Shown here in pieces: positions 8,687 to 17,727 of a stretch of 64,000 nucleotides of DNA; position 1 is the stretch's first letter; every line of letters starts with the position of its first letter. The DNA comes from Candidatus Poribacteria bacterium (GTDB lineage Bacteria > Poribacteria > WGA-4E > WGA-3G). The DNA is taken from assembly GCA_003635315.1 (NCBI GenBank), contig PYJD01000010.1:71470-135469 (forward strand). The letters are read 5' to 3'. The notes under the pieces are model-generated. The model ran no database searches. It was given only the letters and a program-made list of their open reading frames with translations, and was not told the origin of the DNA. The position numbers and the translations under genes are program-made.

Positions 8687-9358
8687 ATGCTTATGAAATT
8701 AGACCATTCCTCAAGTGCTTTAGTTATTGTCGGTGGTTGGAACGCACATATTTTTAATCCGAATTGGATTAGGAGATATTTGTTTGATGGAGAAAAAGAA
8801 AAATTAAAGGTTGACATCTTAGCCGAACTACCCAACGGTTTTAATCCACAATTTGCCTCACAACGAGTATCATCTAAAGAAGTTAGAATTCAATTGCAAG
8901 GTAACAAGCTAAGTCTTAGTCCTATAGAAGACAATGACAAATACTTTAAAAAAACAGAAGAAATTGCATTGCTACTTGCTGATTATTTACCACATACACC
9001 TGTCTCTGGATTCGGCATTAACTTTGTCTTCACTGAGAATAAAGTTAATGAAGAATTAAAAAACATCGTACGTTCAAAAGATTTAAGCAAAATAGAAAAA
9101 TTTGGTGCTTCATTAATTAGTCAACAATATACCCGAAGTTTAGAATTGGATAGCATGACTCTTAATTTCACCATTGAACGGAAGGATAAAAAAGTTACCT
9201 TTAAGCTAAATTTCCATACCGATATACGCGATTTAGCCGAATTCAAGACAAAAATATCTGAAACCTCTGTCCTAACAATGAAAGAAAAAGCAGTAGACTT
9301 CATTGTTTCAGTCTATAATTTGGAGTTAAAAGGAGTTATGAATGAGCAAATGGAATGA
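8687..9358 (+). CDS. Hypothetical protein, TIGR04255-like (VIVGxWNxxIFxPxW ... LPHTPVSGFGINF)
   Basis: 223 aa ORF. The motif pattern is recognisable from sporadically distributed, toxin-antitoxin-associated proteins; the family call is tentative. Confidence 0.6.
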   Translation: MLMKLDHSSSALVIVGGWNAHIFNPNWIRRYLFDGEKEKLKVDILAELPNGFNPQFASQRVSSKEVRIQLQGNKLSLSPIEDNDKYFKKTEEIALLLADYLPHTPVSGFGINFVFTENKVNEELKNIVRSKDLSKIEKFGASLISQQYTRSLELDSMTLNFTIERKDKKVTFKLNFHTDIRDLAEFKTKISETSVLTMKEKAVDFIVSVYNLELKGVMNEQME

Positions 9359-9973
9359 TACAATTATAGTTCCTGAAGATACATTTTCAGATGATGACTC
9401 CTATAATAAGAAACCAATAAAAACCCATACTCCAAAGTACGATCTGGACACAGGATTTCAAGAATTAGAAGATGAAATTTGGGAACAGATTCAAGTTCAA
9501 GAGGTTGAGTCAACACCGGAAATTCGTGTTTTGATGTCGCTGCTTACATTGTGGAGAAAAAGGGTGCTATGAGTACTATGAAACTCCAAAAATTGGTATA
9601 CTACAGTCAAGCGTGGTCATTGGTGTGGGATGAAAAGCCTCTCTTTAAGGAAGATATTGAGGCATGGGCAAATGGTCCAGTTGTTAGAGATCTGTTCTAT
9701 TATCATCGCGGGAGATATGAAATAGATACCGTGGAAATTGGCAATCCGCGTCTATTAGATCAGAAACAACAGGAGACTATTGATGCTGTGCTTGATTACT
9801 ATGGGGATAAATCTGCCCAATGGTTAATTGAACTTACACACATGGAAGATCCATGGATCGAAGCAAGGGAAGGTTTGCATCCACTGGAACGGGGAGATAA
9901 GGTTATACCATTGGACGCGATGGCAGTTTATTATAGTTCTTTACCTGTTGAGGATGAAGTTGTAGATGAATAA
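9342..9973 (+). CDS. Panacea (DUF4065/SocA) antitoxin with an acidic N-terminal extension, interrupted by a -1 frameshift at the T4 run 9529-9532
   Basis: KLQKLVYYSQAW, EAWANGPVV and LTHMEDPW motifs. The conserved N-terminal FDVAAYI lies upstream of the track start with no initiator in that frame; adding one T joins it to ORF 9342. Confidence 0.8.
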
Positions 9974-10408
9974 AAAAACAAGAAATCAAGACGGAAGGCT
10001 AATCCGAAGACACAAAAGACTCCCACATCAATTACTCAGAAGACAACCAAGGATAATAATATTGTTTGGGACGTTTCACAGATCGATGACGATGGTAAAT
10101 GGGGCTGGAGGAGAGTAAATTGTTCATTTTTCTTTAAAGAAATTTGGAAAAAGATGCGTAACTTTGAATCTACAACTTGGGATCAAATAGCAGGAAATAC
10201 TCACCATATGATACCTGTAAATAGCATAATAAAACCAGCACAAGAGCGACTTGCAGAGTTAGGTCATGATGATGAGAATAGATTGGCTTCATTTCATATC
10301 AATGGGAAACAAAGACTTTGGGCAATTCGCAGATCTGTAAACATCTTTTATCTGCTTTGGTGGGACCCTAAGCATGAGATATGTCCATCACCGAAAAAAC
10401 ACACATAA
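9966..10408 (+). CDS. Putative RelE-like toxin partner of Panacea, frameshifted at the A7 run 9972-9978
   Basis: ATG 9966 overlaps the antitoxin end. The -1 frame is open from 9974: KNKKSRRK...WDVSQIDDDGKWGW...TTWDQI...HHMIP...RLWAIR...FYLLWWDPKHEICPS. Confidence 0.65.
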
Positions 10409-10717
10409 GCATGTGTCAATACGTATACAACTACCATGAACGCTGATTTCAGAGTTATCAGGTTTGTAGGAATTCTTTCCACCTCTATCGTTCACTCAAT
10501 ACTCCGATCAAAAAAACTGTCTACAAACCAAAGCCAACTCACTGGAGTCAGCATGTGAGTGTAGCATGCTGCATGAGATGCTAAACACATTCTTTTTACC
10601 ATCCTCTTAAATATCATAAATTTTGATTACTAATAATCTGTGGATTAACCTTAACATTTCCATTCAGGAAGAAATACATGATTGTCCCATTGATGAAGAA
10701 CTATTGTTGAAACGATT

Positions 10718-10918
10718 GTGAGAGTTGTTCGAAATTGGCTTCGCACTGCTTCGGGCAGACTGGCAATTCCAGGTGGAAATATCATTTGGGAACGTTATCA
10801 GACTTTTCTAAGGGATCTACCCCAAACAGCAGAAGAGTATCAATTAGATGCTGAAGACTTGATTTTTAACGATTATCTTTTGGTAATTGCGGTATGGCAG
10901 GAAACCAATGACAAGTAA
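10718..10918 (+). pseudogene. C-terminal remnant of a conserved hypothetical protein (VRNWL...IPGG..IWERY...LIFNDY)
   Basis: Looks like the C-terminal third of a larger protein; upstream frames are blocked by stops. Confidence 0.5.
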
Positions 10919-10951
10919 CCTTTTAAAATGTAACTCAGGGAGGTAATCCAT

Positions 10952-12196
10952 ATGTCAAGACAAAGAACTGTTAAGTACCCCCCGAAGCGAGGGAAACTCA
11001 CAAAACACCAGGTCAAAAAGGCAATAGAGAAGGTTGTCCGGGAGAGACTTGAATGCGGGACAGAAGAATCTTATATACCTACTTACCCCGCGCAGTGCAG
11101 CCCACTACTTGAGGCAATAGCCGACGCATTAGACATCTCTGAAAACCACCATGCACAAGTTCTAAAGTTTTATGAATCGCTTGGTGCATGGTTACAACGG
11201 GACGAATCTATCGTTGCTTGCTATATGCCTAAAATTTATCCACACGGTTCTTTTTTACTCGCTACAGTTATAAAACCCATTTCTGGTGCTGAAGAGTATA
11301 ACATAGACCTTGTCAGTGAGTTGAATCTCCAGAAAACCGAGATTAGTCAAGAGAAACTAAAGTATTTAGTCGGTACAGAAATCAAGTCTTATGCCCAAGT
11401 TAACAACCTGAATTCTCAACCTAAAGAAAGGCAGCGATGTTGGATCCTGAATTATGCAGATGGTTTTCAGTTCCACGCGAATATCTTACCTGCGATACCG
11501 GATGCCAAACCGTTCAAACTATTCCTTGAATCAAGGGAAAACTCACCTTCTAACTGGACGGATTCCGCTATTGCAATTACGGACACTACTCTCCCCAATT
11601 ATTCACAGATCACTCCTGACTGGTCCCATAGTAATCCAAAAGGATATGCAGAATGGTTCCGAAGTCGCATGAGAAAAAGAGTTAGCGCGATACGACAGTC
11701 TCTAAGCCGAAGGAAGATTGACAAATTACCCGACTATAAAGTGAAAACCCCACTTCAGCGAGCTATTCAAATTTTGAAACGGCACTGCGACATTTGGTTT
11801 GATAAAAACCAATCCACCTATGATAAAAAGGCGAAACCAGCCTCTATTATCATCACGACGCTTGCGGCGCATGCCTACTATAACGAGAATGATCTTCAAC
11901 AAACATTACTGAAGATTTTAACACAAATGCCGCACTATATTGAATATCAGGATAACGGGGTAACTCTTATACGCAATCCAGTGAACCCATTTGAGAACTT
12001 CGCAGATAATTGGCAGGAGTATCCAAGCCGAAAAGAGAGTTTCATGGATTGGCTTAAGCAGGTGCAACGTGACCTGACCGATGCGTTGGAACTGAGTGAT
12101 ATTCACAGTATTGAAAAATCACTAAAATCCTACTTGGGTGAACAAACTATCAAAGAAGGACTACAGAATCTCTCTAAGCGGAAGGGAGGAGTCTGA
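10952..12196 (+). CDS. cGAS/DncV-like nucleotidyltransferase (CD-NTase, SMODS) with a degenerate active site
   Basis: IYPHGSF..ATVIKP, EYNIDL, RCWILNY, FHANILPAIP, SNPKGYAEWF, KTPLQRAIQILKRH, SIIITTLAAHAY and NPVNPFENFAD motifs; GGGAGG RBS. Confidence 0.9.
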   Translation: MSRQRTVKYPPKRGKLTKHQVKKAIEKVVRERLECGTEESYIPTYPAQCSPLLEAIADALDISENHHAQVLKFYESLGAWLQRDESIVACYMPKIYPHGSFLLATVIKPISGAEEYNIDLVSELNLQKTEISQEKLKYLVGTEIKSYAQVNNLNSQPKERQRCWILNYADGFQFHANILPAIPDAKPFKLFLESRENSPSNWTDSAIAITDTTLPNYSQITPDWSHSNPKGYAEWFRSRMRKRVSAIRQSLSRRKIDKLPDYKVKTPLQRAIQILKRHCDIWFDKNQSTYDKKAKPASIIITTLAAHAYYNENDLQQTLLKILTQMPHYIEYQDNGVTLIRNPVNPFENFADNWQEYPSRKESFMDWLKQVQRDLTDALELSDIHSIEKSLKSYLGEQTIKEGLQNLSKRKGGV

Positions 12197-12203
12197 TTCT
12201 TCT

Positions 12204-12788
12204 TTAGGCAGAACCACTCGGACTCCCCGATGGCATCTCCTGCAATACAGGAATAACATAACTCCGAATCTGGAAGCCCTCTATCGTCTCAGTTTCTACA
12301 ATCAAACTCATCAATGACTATAACGCATTCTGGGGTGTGAGTAAACGTTCAAGACGTCTAAAAAACCTTCTCATTGCATGATGATCCGTTAGTTTGGTGT
12401 CCTCCAAAATTTGACTGACAGTTTCAGGAACTATCTCGTCGCGTCTCTGATAGAGTTTCTCAATTTCCTCACATATATCTTGGTAAAGGTTGTCGTAAAA
12501 ATCTGCAACAGATGTGTTCTTATACACATCAAAATTTAGCTGAATAGGAAAGTAGTTGTACTTTGAAGTAGACTTGACTTGTGTAGGATCAGTATTTGCA
12601 AGCTCACCGACTGTGAGTGTTTCTAAGCATGCTTGAAAGAAGGTAGTTTTACCTGTTTGTCGGGGAGCAAAAAGGACAACATATTTACCATCTTCTACAT
12701 GTTTAATGTAGTCGGCAATTTCATCAGAACGTTGAACAACGTAGTGATCTTGAGTATTGACGGGACCTTGTGTACCAAAACGTCTCAT
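12204..12788 (-). pseudogene. AAA-like ATPase pseudogene (frameshift plus internal deletion)
   Basis: Starts MRRFGTQGPVN; Walker A APRQTGKTT. Walker B IVIDEFD appears only after a frameshift near 12322 and is joined directly to a C-terminal-like tail (ETETIEGFQIRSYVIPVLQE). Confidence 0.75.
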
Positions 12789-12959
12789 ATACCTTTCCTT
12801 TTCGCTATTGCATTGTGTCTTAATTGTATCAAAACCAATTGACCGAGTCAAGGTACGCGTTTTTACCGTGGGTATAAAGTGTTTTGCAAATAGACACAGA
12901 AAACCTGTAGTCCGAATCACGATCAGTCGGTATTCGGATTTCCTCCTTCAATGAATTGT

Positions 12960-13075
12960 AATACCATTTCTGATATATAATGTCTCTCTTTGTAGCATAA
13001 ACTTTCCAGTTTGTGCTACATTACGCCTAATTTCAAACAATAGGTTATTGGAAAAAATTTAATAGAAATGGTATA
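12960..13075. mobile_element. MITE family A with a TGTAGCAYAAAC...GTTTGTGCTACA hairpin
   Basis: Terminal inverted repeats; closely similar to 28320-28432, 31153-31265 and 39793-40022. Confidence 0.85.
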
Positions 13076-13203
13076 AGGTTAATGCCAAAAACTATACATC
13101 CCCATCACACTTAAGTCTTTCTTTTTTCTTTCTGTTTCTGCTATAATCTTTGTTATATTCTACATTCCACTGGAACTATTATCAAGTATTGCAGGCTAAT
13201 CTG

Positions 13204-14319
13204 ATGCGTTATTTATCTGTTCTGATTTTTCTATTACTGGTTTTCGCACCGCGTGCGGATACCCAATCTGCTCAACATCTTGCCAAAACCTTATCGGCAT
13301 CTACAGTGATTTTAGAGATACGGGATGCCAATGGTCGTGTTTCACACGGCACCGGTTTTTTCATTGGGGAAGGACTCATTGCCACCAACCACCATGTCAT
13401 TGAAGCAGCCCGAAGTGGCACGTGTAGATTAGTCAACACACAACAACAATTTAAGATACACGGTTCTATGGGAAAGGACGCGGACAGAGACATGGCTATC
13501 CTGCGCGTCTCTAACACACAGGCACCAGCGTTGCAATTTGGCGATAGTGATACTGTCCAAAGAGGGGATACGGTTTATACGATGGGGAATCCACGCGACT
13601 TTGAAGGCGTATTCTCACAAGGACAGGTCAGTAATCTTATTCCCAACGGTATCCCTGGAATATCGGGCAAAGTGATACAATTCACAGCTGCCATTTCACG
13701 CGGTAGTTCAGGCGGCGCGGTTGTCAATCAAAACGGGCAGGTCATTGGTATTGTCAGCCAAACACGCGATGATGGGCAAAATCTGAACTTTGCTGTACCC
13801 GTCAATGCGCTGAAACAACTGCTGCAGCTACCACCCAATTACATACCCTTTTCACCGCAGGTAACAAAAACTTCAGAGCCAGAGACAAACAGAAACGAAA
13901 ACAAACTGCTACGTGTCATACTCCTATCCATTATCGCATTCGGAGCGATTTACTTCTTACCCTTGGCAAAAGTTGAAAAGATTGGAATGACCATCGCAAT
14001 CGCTATCGGATATGGGTTATTCAACACAATCGCAGGTAGCATAATGCAGGCAGGTATGACAGACGCAATGCTACACACGCTCCACACAATGCCAGACGAT
14101 GAAAATCTTGCACACATACTTGACTGCTTCAATTGCTTCCCAAGATTATTGATACAGGCAGCTAAAATACCGACATACATTGTCAGTATAGCATTTCTAT
14201 TCGCTATAGCAAGTAAAGTCATACGTCCATTAGAACTGAACGGATTTTTCTACACATTTGCACTCGCCGCAGCAGTCGTTGTTGCAGAAATTACGATCTA
14301 TTGGCTGCTTCCTTTCTAA
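13204..14319 (+). CDS. Secreted trypsin-like (S1C/HtrA-type) protease fused to a C-terminal holin-superfamily-IV-like membrane domain
   Basis: Signal peptide; catalytic triad motifs TNHHV / DMAIL / GSSGG; no PDZ; C-terminal ~135 aa with 4 TM segments. Confidence 0.8.
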   Translation: MRYLSVLIFLLLVFAPRADTQSAQHLAKTLSASTVILEIRDANGRVSHGTGFFIGEGLIATNHHVIEAARSGTCRLVNTQQQFKIHGSMGKDADRDMAILRVSNTQAPALQFGDSDTVQRGDTVYTMGNPRDFEGVFSQGQVSNLIPNGIPGISGKVIQFTAAISRGSSGGAVVNQNGQVIGIVSQTRDDGQNLNFAVPVNALKQLLQLPPNYIPFSPQVTKTSEPETNRNENKLLRVILLSIIAFGAIYFLPLAKVEKIGMTIAIAIGYGLFNTIAGSIMQAGMTDAMLHTLHTMPDDENLAHILDCFNCFPRLLIQAAKIPTYIVSIAFLFAIASKVIRPLELNGFFYTFALAAAVVVAEITIYWLLPF

Positions 14320-14509
14320 CACCGTATACATTCAACTGACATAGACTTTCAATATTTTATACCTATCCACTACTGTACCTCCCATTTCGTTCTACTCACC
14401 TTCCGCGGTTAGATCTGTTTGCAAATCACAACCTGTTCCTTAATTTGTTTTGTGTGTAGATTTACTTTAACTGGTTTAGATACATAAGTTTAGAAGATGT
14501 CGAAAAACG

Positions 14510-14600
14510 GGAAAATGTCACACTTTTTCCTACATTCTGTAGGATTAATCTTCGTTAAAATTGTGGCTATCAGACCAGTGCTGTACTGGGATTGTTACCC
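14510..14600 (-). other. Partial third copy (B) of the conserved non-coding element
   Basis: GAAAATGTCACACTTTT-TCCTACA-TTC-TGTAGGA-TT versus GAAAAAGTTACACTTTT-TGTCACA-TTT-TGTGACA-TT in copy A. Confidence 0.5.
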
Positions 14601-15435
14601 TAAATATAGAAAAAAGTAGAATTTTAAATTTCTCATTATTGTGCTATTTCTCTGATTTCAATTTTTCTCCAATGTATTCACAAGTGTTAATATTTTGCTG
14701 ACAATTATTAGTTGTTAGTTTATATCTGTTAATACTCGGTAGTTGGTTGTCAGTTAATAGGATATCTGGGCAAATATTTACTGGTTTATATACACCTTCA
14801 AAAGTCTCTGTGTTTAGTTCTGAAATTTGTGTAGGTTTCAATTCTAGTTTTTCTATCAATCTGCTATAAATCCAGTCGGGTAAAGGGATTGTATAGAATT
14901 GTCTGGTATTTACCAGTTTAGTTTTAATATCATAATTTATCTTAACATAATAATCCATCATTGGTGATTTATTCTATTATACATAAAATTATTTAAACAT
15001 ATTCACAAATGGATTACAACCTTATTTTCACGGATGTGACTTTAGATGTTTGTGTATAGATTTTTCTTAATTATTTATATTTTAATTGGAAATATTTGAT
15101 CTTTATGAGGTTTTGTGACGGGTTGTTTGAATCCAAAATCAACGCCGAATGCGCGGAATTAAATCTCGAAATGAATAATGATAAATTCAAAGGTTTGCTA
15201 AATTGGTTTTGTCATAAGGTAAATCTATGAATGACAAATTATGCATTGTGGTACGCAATAAATGTATTGAATTTATGGTTTGTAATAATGATCTAAGACA
15301 TCAAAAAAAATTAAAACACATGAAAATTACAAACTAACATTTCTTACGATAAAACCTCTTTATGTCTATATTTCATGGGTGTAGTAATAGAATGGAATAA
15401 GTGAATTGGGTTAAAAATAACGTAAATTTTTAAAG

Positions 15436-15452
15436 TTGGCACGATATTTGCT
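15436..15452 (+). promoter_or_regulatory. sigma54 (-24/-12) promoter
   Basis: TTGGCACGATATTTGCT is an exact match to TGGCAC-N5-TTGC. Confidence 0.65.
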
Positions 15453-15519
15453 TAAGATTGTTAGGTTGATATCACCATATCATCAATTGTATGACGACAA
15501 TATTATAACGTAAGTTCGT

Positions 15520-16049
15520 AAGTTGCCACCTTGTCACAACATTTGATAGATTGTACCTAAAAATACTGTAAAACTAACAGATTATGCTACATAGGTAGCA
15601 ACTTGGATTAAAATAGTGCAAATAATTTTAAATTATGCACCCTTTTCCATAGCTTCTGTGTCTTAAATTATGAAGGGCAGCCTATATCGTTGATTAATAA
15701 TCTATGTCAATCAATATCTCACATAACTATTGCCCTAAACTATTGGTTTATAGTGAAATCTATTATCCTAAAAAATGCACAAAATAGAAAAAAATCTGCA
15801 ATTTGCTATTAACTTTTTCTGATTAAGGTTGATATAAGTTTAAAAGATGTCTAAAGTGGCAGACACTGGAAAGGGAGGGTCTCTCAAGAAATTGAAATGT
15901 CAATTGCCAGGGGCAAAATGTCCACGTTGCCACCTATGTATCAGAATCTGTTAGATTGTATCTACATAAACGCAAACTGATAGTTTACGCTACAAGTATT
16001 TGCTAAAAGGACGGTATTTTCAAGTCTAAATCTTGATAGGTAGCAACTT
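15520..16049. repeat. Two copies (15520-15604 and 15926-16049) of a small element with GTTGCCACCT/AGGTAGCAAC inverted ends
   Basis: Both have the same inverted termini and an internal TAGATTGTA...AAACTrAyAGwTTAyGCTACA. Confidence 0.65.
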
Positions 16050-16114
16050 GATTAATTGTATAATGTATAGTTATTTACTCACTATGTGTTCATTTATTAA
16101 AAATGGTATAAGGA

Positions 16115-16618
16115 GTGAAACTCATGCGAAAGAAAATGTATTGGGGGATCATAACTCTTGTTATACTAATACTTGGTGCTGGAGTCGTACAGAAGCACAT
16201 CGCGGATCGGTTTTATACGCAATTTGGGTTGAAAGTGCCGCCCCGCGGATACGATTATGTGTGGAAGGATGCCTGGGTGCCGGAATTAGATGAGAACGGG
16301 AACCCTATTTTACGTAGATTGGACGAACCGGTAATCAAAATCAGAATGGGGGTTGGTTTTGCACCGACAAAAGAACAGTTTGAAAAATACAATCAGCTCA
16401 AAGAGGAGCGGTTGACAAAACGCCGCAATCCCACTGAAGTCGCTCGACTTACTGCAGAAATTGAGGCACTTGAAGCGTCTGCTCAACGCATGCGTCCTCT
16501 CTCTGTAGGGGCAGGTTGGACGACTGCTGAACAAGCATCAAAGTCTGATCGTATGGCGAAAGAAAAGTTCAATGCTGCACTCCGTGAACACGGATTAGAA
16601 CACTTAATAAGGAAGTAG
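16115..16618 (+). CDS. Hypothetical protein with an N-terminal membrane anchor
   Basis: AAGGA RBS; hydrophobic N-terminus; predicted coiled segment. Confidence 0.75.
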   Translation: MKLMRKKMYWGIITLVILILGAGVVQKHIADRFYTQFGLKVPPRGYDYVWKDAWVPELDENGNPILRRLDEPVIKIRMGVGFAPTKEQFEKYNQLKEERLTKRRNPTEVARLTAEIEALEASAQRMRPLSVGAGWTTAEQASKSDRMAKEKFNAALREHGLEHLIRK

Positions 16619-16628
16619 GAGGTTTATC

Positions 16629-16793
16629 ATGTTAGTTTTTAAACGCGTATTATTCTTGGTTCTTATTTTTAATTTTCTGTTTGCAATTGGGTTGTATGTA
16701 TATCCCCACTTTCCCCATGATGCGAAAAAACCAGAATTAAACTTTACAAGTGATCCCGATTTTTCATGCAATATAGATGGGTTTGCCTTTTAA
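16629..16793 (+). CDS. Small membrane-anchored protein (54 aa; below the track cut-off)
   Basis: AGGAGG RBS at 16617-16622; MLVFKRVLFLVLIFNFLFAIGLYVYPHFPH...GFAF*. Confidence 0.55.
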   Translation: MLVFKRVLFLVLIFNFLFAIGLYVYPHFPHDAKKPELNFTSDPDFSCNIDGFAF

Positions 16794-16948
16794 CTGAAAC
16801 AGAAATGAAATAGTTATTGACATCCGAACACAAATCCGACATATTCATGACAAAACAGTTTGTATACGGTAAGACAAAAACCTTGATATATCAAGAAAAT
16901 GGTGGTAAACTAAACCGAAGAATTGAATTGTAGACTAAGGAGTTAGGA

Positions 16949-17539
16949 ATGGCTGTAGAATATACTAAAACAATTGTTGAAGTCATAAACAAATTAGAAA
17001 TAGGGAATCCTGTACCAACGCTTGTTCCAAAGAATGCTTGGAATGATGATCTTACCAATACATTGGAGGGTCTATCCCTTGGGGATCTTTTTCAAGGACA
17101 TGAAGTAAAAGATGATACATACGCACAGGCGATCAAGAGCGGTTTACTACTTTGGAATGATGCCTTGGACGAATCTCACGAAATATCACAAACTCTTGCA
17201 AATGAAACAGGTAGTTATTGGCACGGACTGATGCACCGTCGTGAACCCGACTATAGTAATTCAAAGTATTGGTTTGGAAGGGTTGGAGATCATCCCATTT
17301 TCCCTTCACTTCGAGATAATGTACTTTCATTATCTAAAGAAATAGAAAACCCATCTGACTCTTTATCACAGGTTATCCATACAATTGAATCTGAAGATAA
17401 GTGGAATAGTTTCCAGTTTGTTGATTGGTGTGAATCCGCAGAAAATGATCCTACATCTGACAGTACAGCATTCCTAAAACAGATACAAGCTGAAGAGATT
17501 AAGCTGTTATTGGCTTATTCATACCAAAATGCCGTCTGA
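16949..17539 (+). CDS. Conserved hypothetical protein (LDESHEISQ...SYWHGLMHRREPDYSNSKYW)
   Basis: AAGGAG RBS; conserved motif family of unknown function. Confidence 0.85.
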   Translation: MAVEYTKTIVEVINKLEIGNPVPTLVPKNAWNDDLTNTLEGLSLGDLFQGHEVKDDTYAQAIKSGLLLWNDALDESHEISQTLANETGSYWHGLMHRREPDYSNSKYWFGRVGDHPIFPSLRDNVLSLSKEIENPSDSLSQVIHTIESEDKWNSFQFVDWCESAENDPTSDSTAFLKQIQAEEIKLLLAYSYQNAV

Positions 17540-17541
17540 TT

Positions 17542-17692
17542 TATAGTGAACATCGAAAATAATAACACAAAATCCCTGTAGGAGCGATCTCCGAATCGCG
17601 ATTTAACTCAGTGATAGTTGGGAATCGGCCAGAATCATGTTAACTGTCCTCCTACATCTCAAAATGTTCTATTAATTCAAAAGTTTACTATA
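17542..17692. mobile_element. MITE family B (TATAGT...ACTATA ends) with GTAG-REP cargo
   Basis: Inverted ends; homologous to 33555-33740. Confidence 0.75.
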
Positions 17693-17727
17693 AACTATCT
17701 ATATTAGGTTTTTTCAAGGAGATTAAG

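Noticed and set aside
10952-12196. Functional CBASS operon
   Set aside because: No effector or ancillary cap genes are adjacent, and two catalytic aspartates are replaced.
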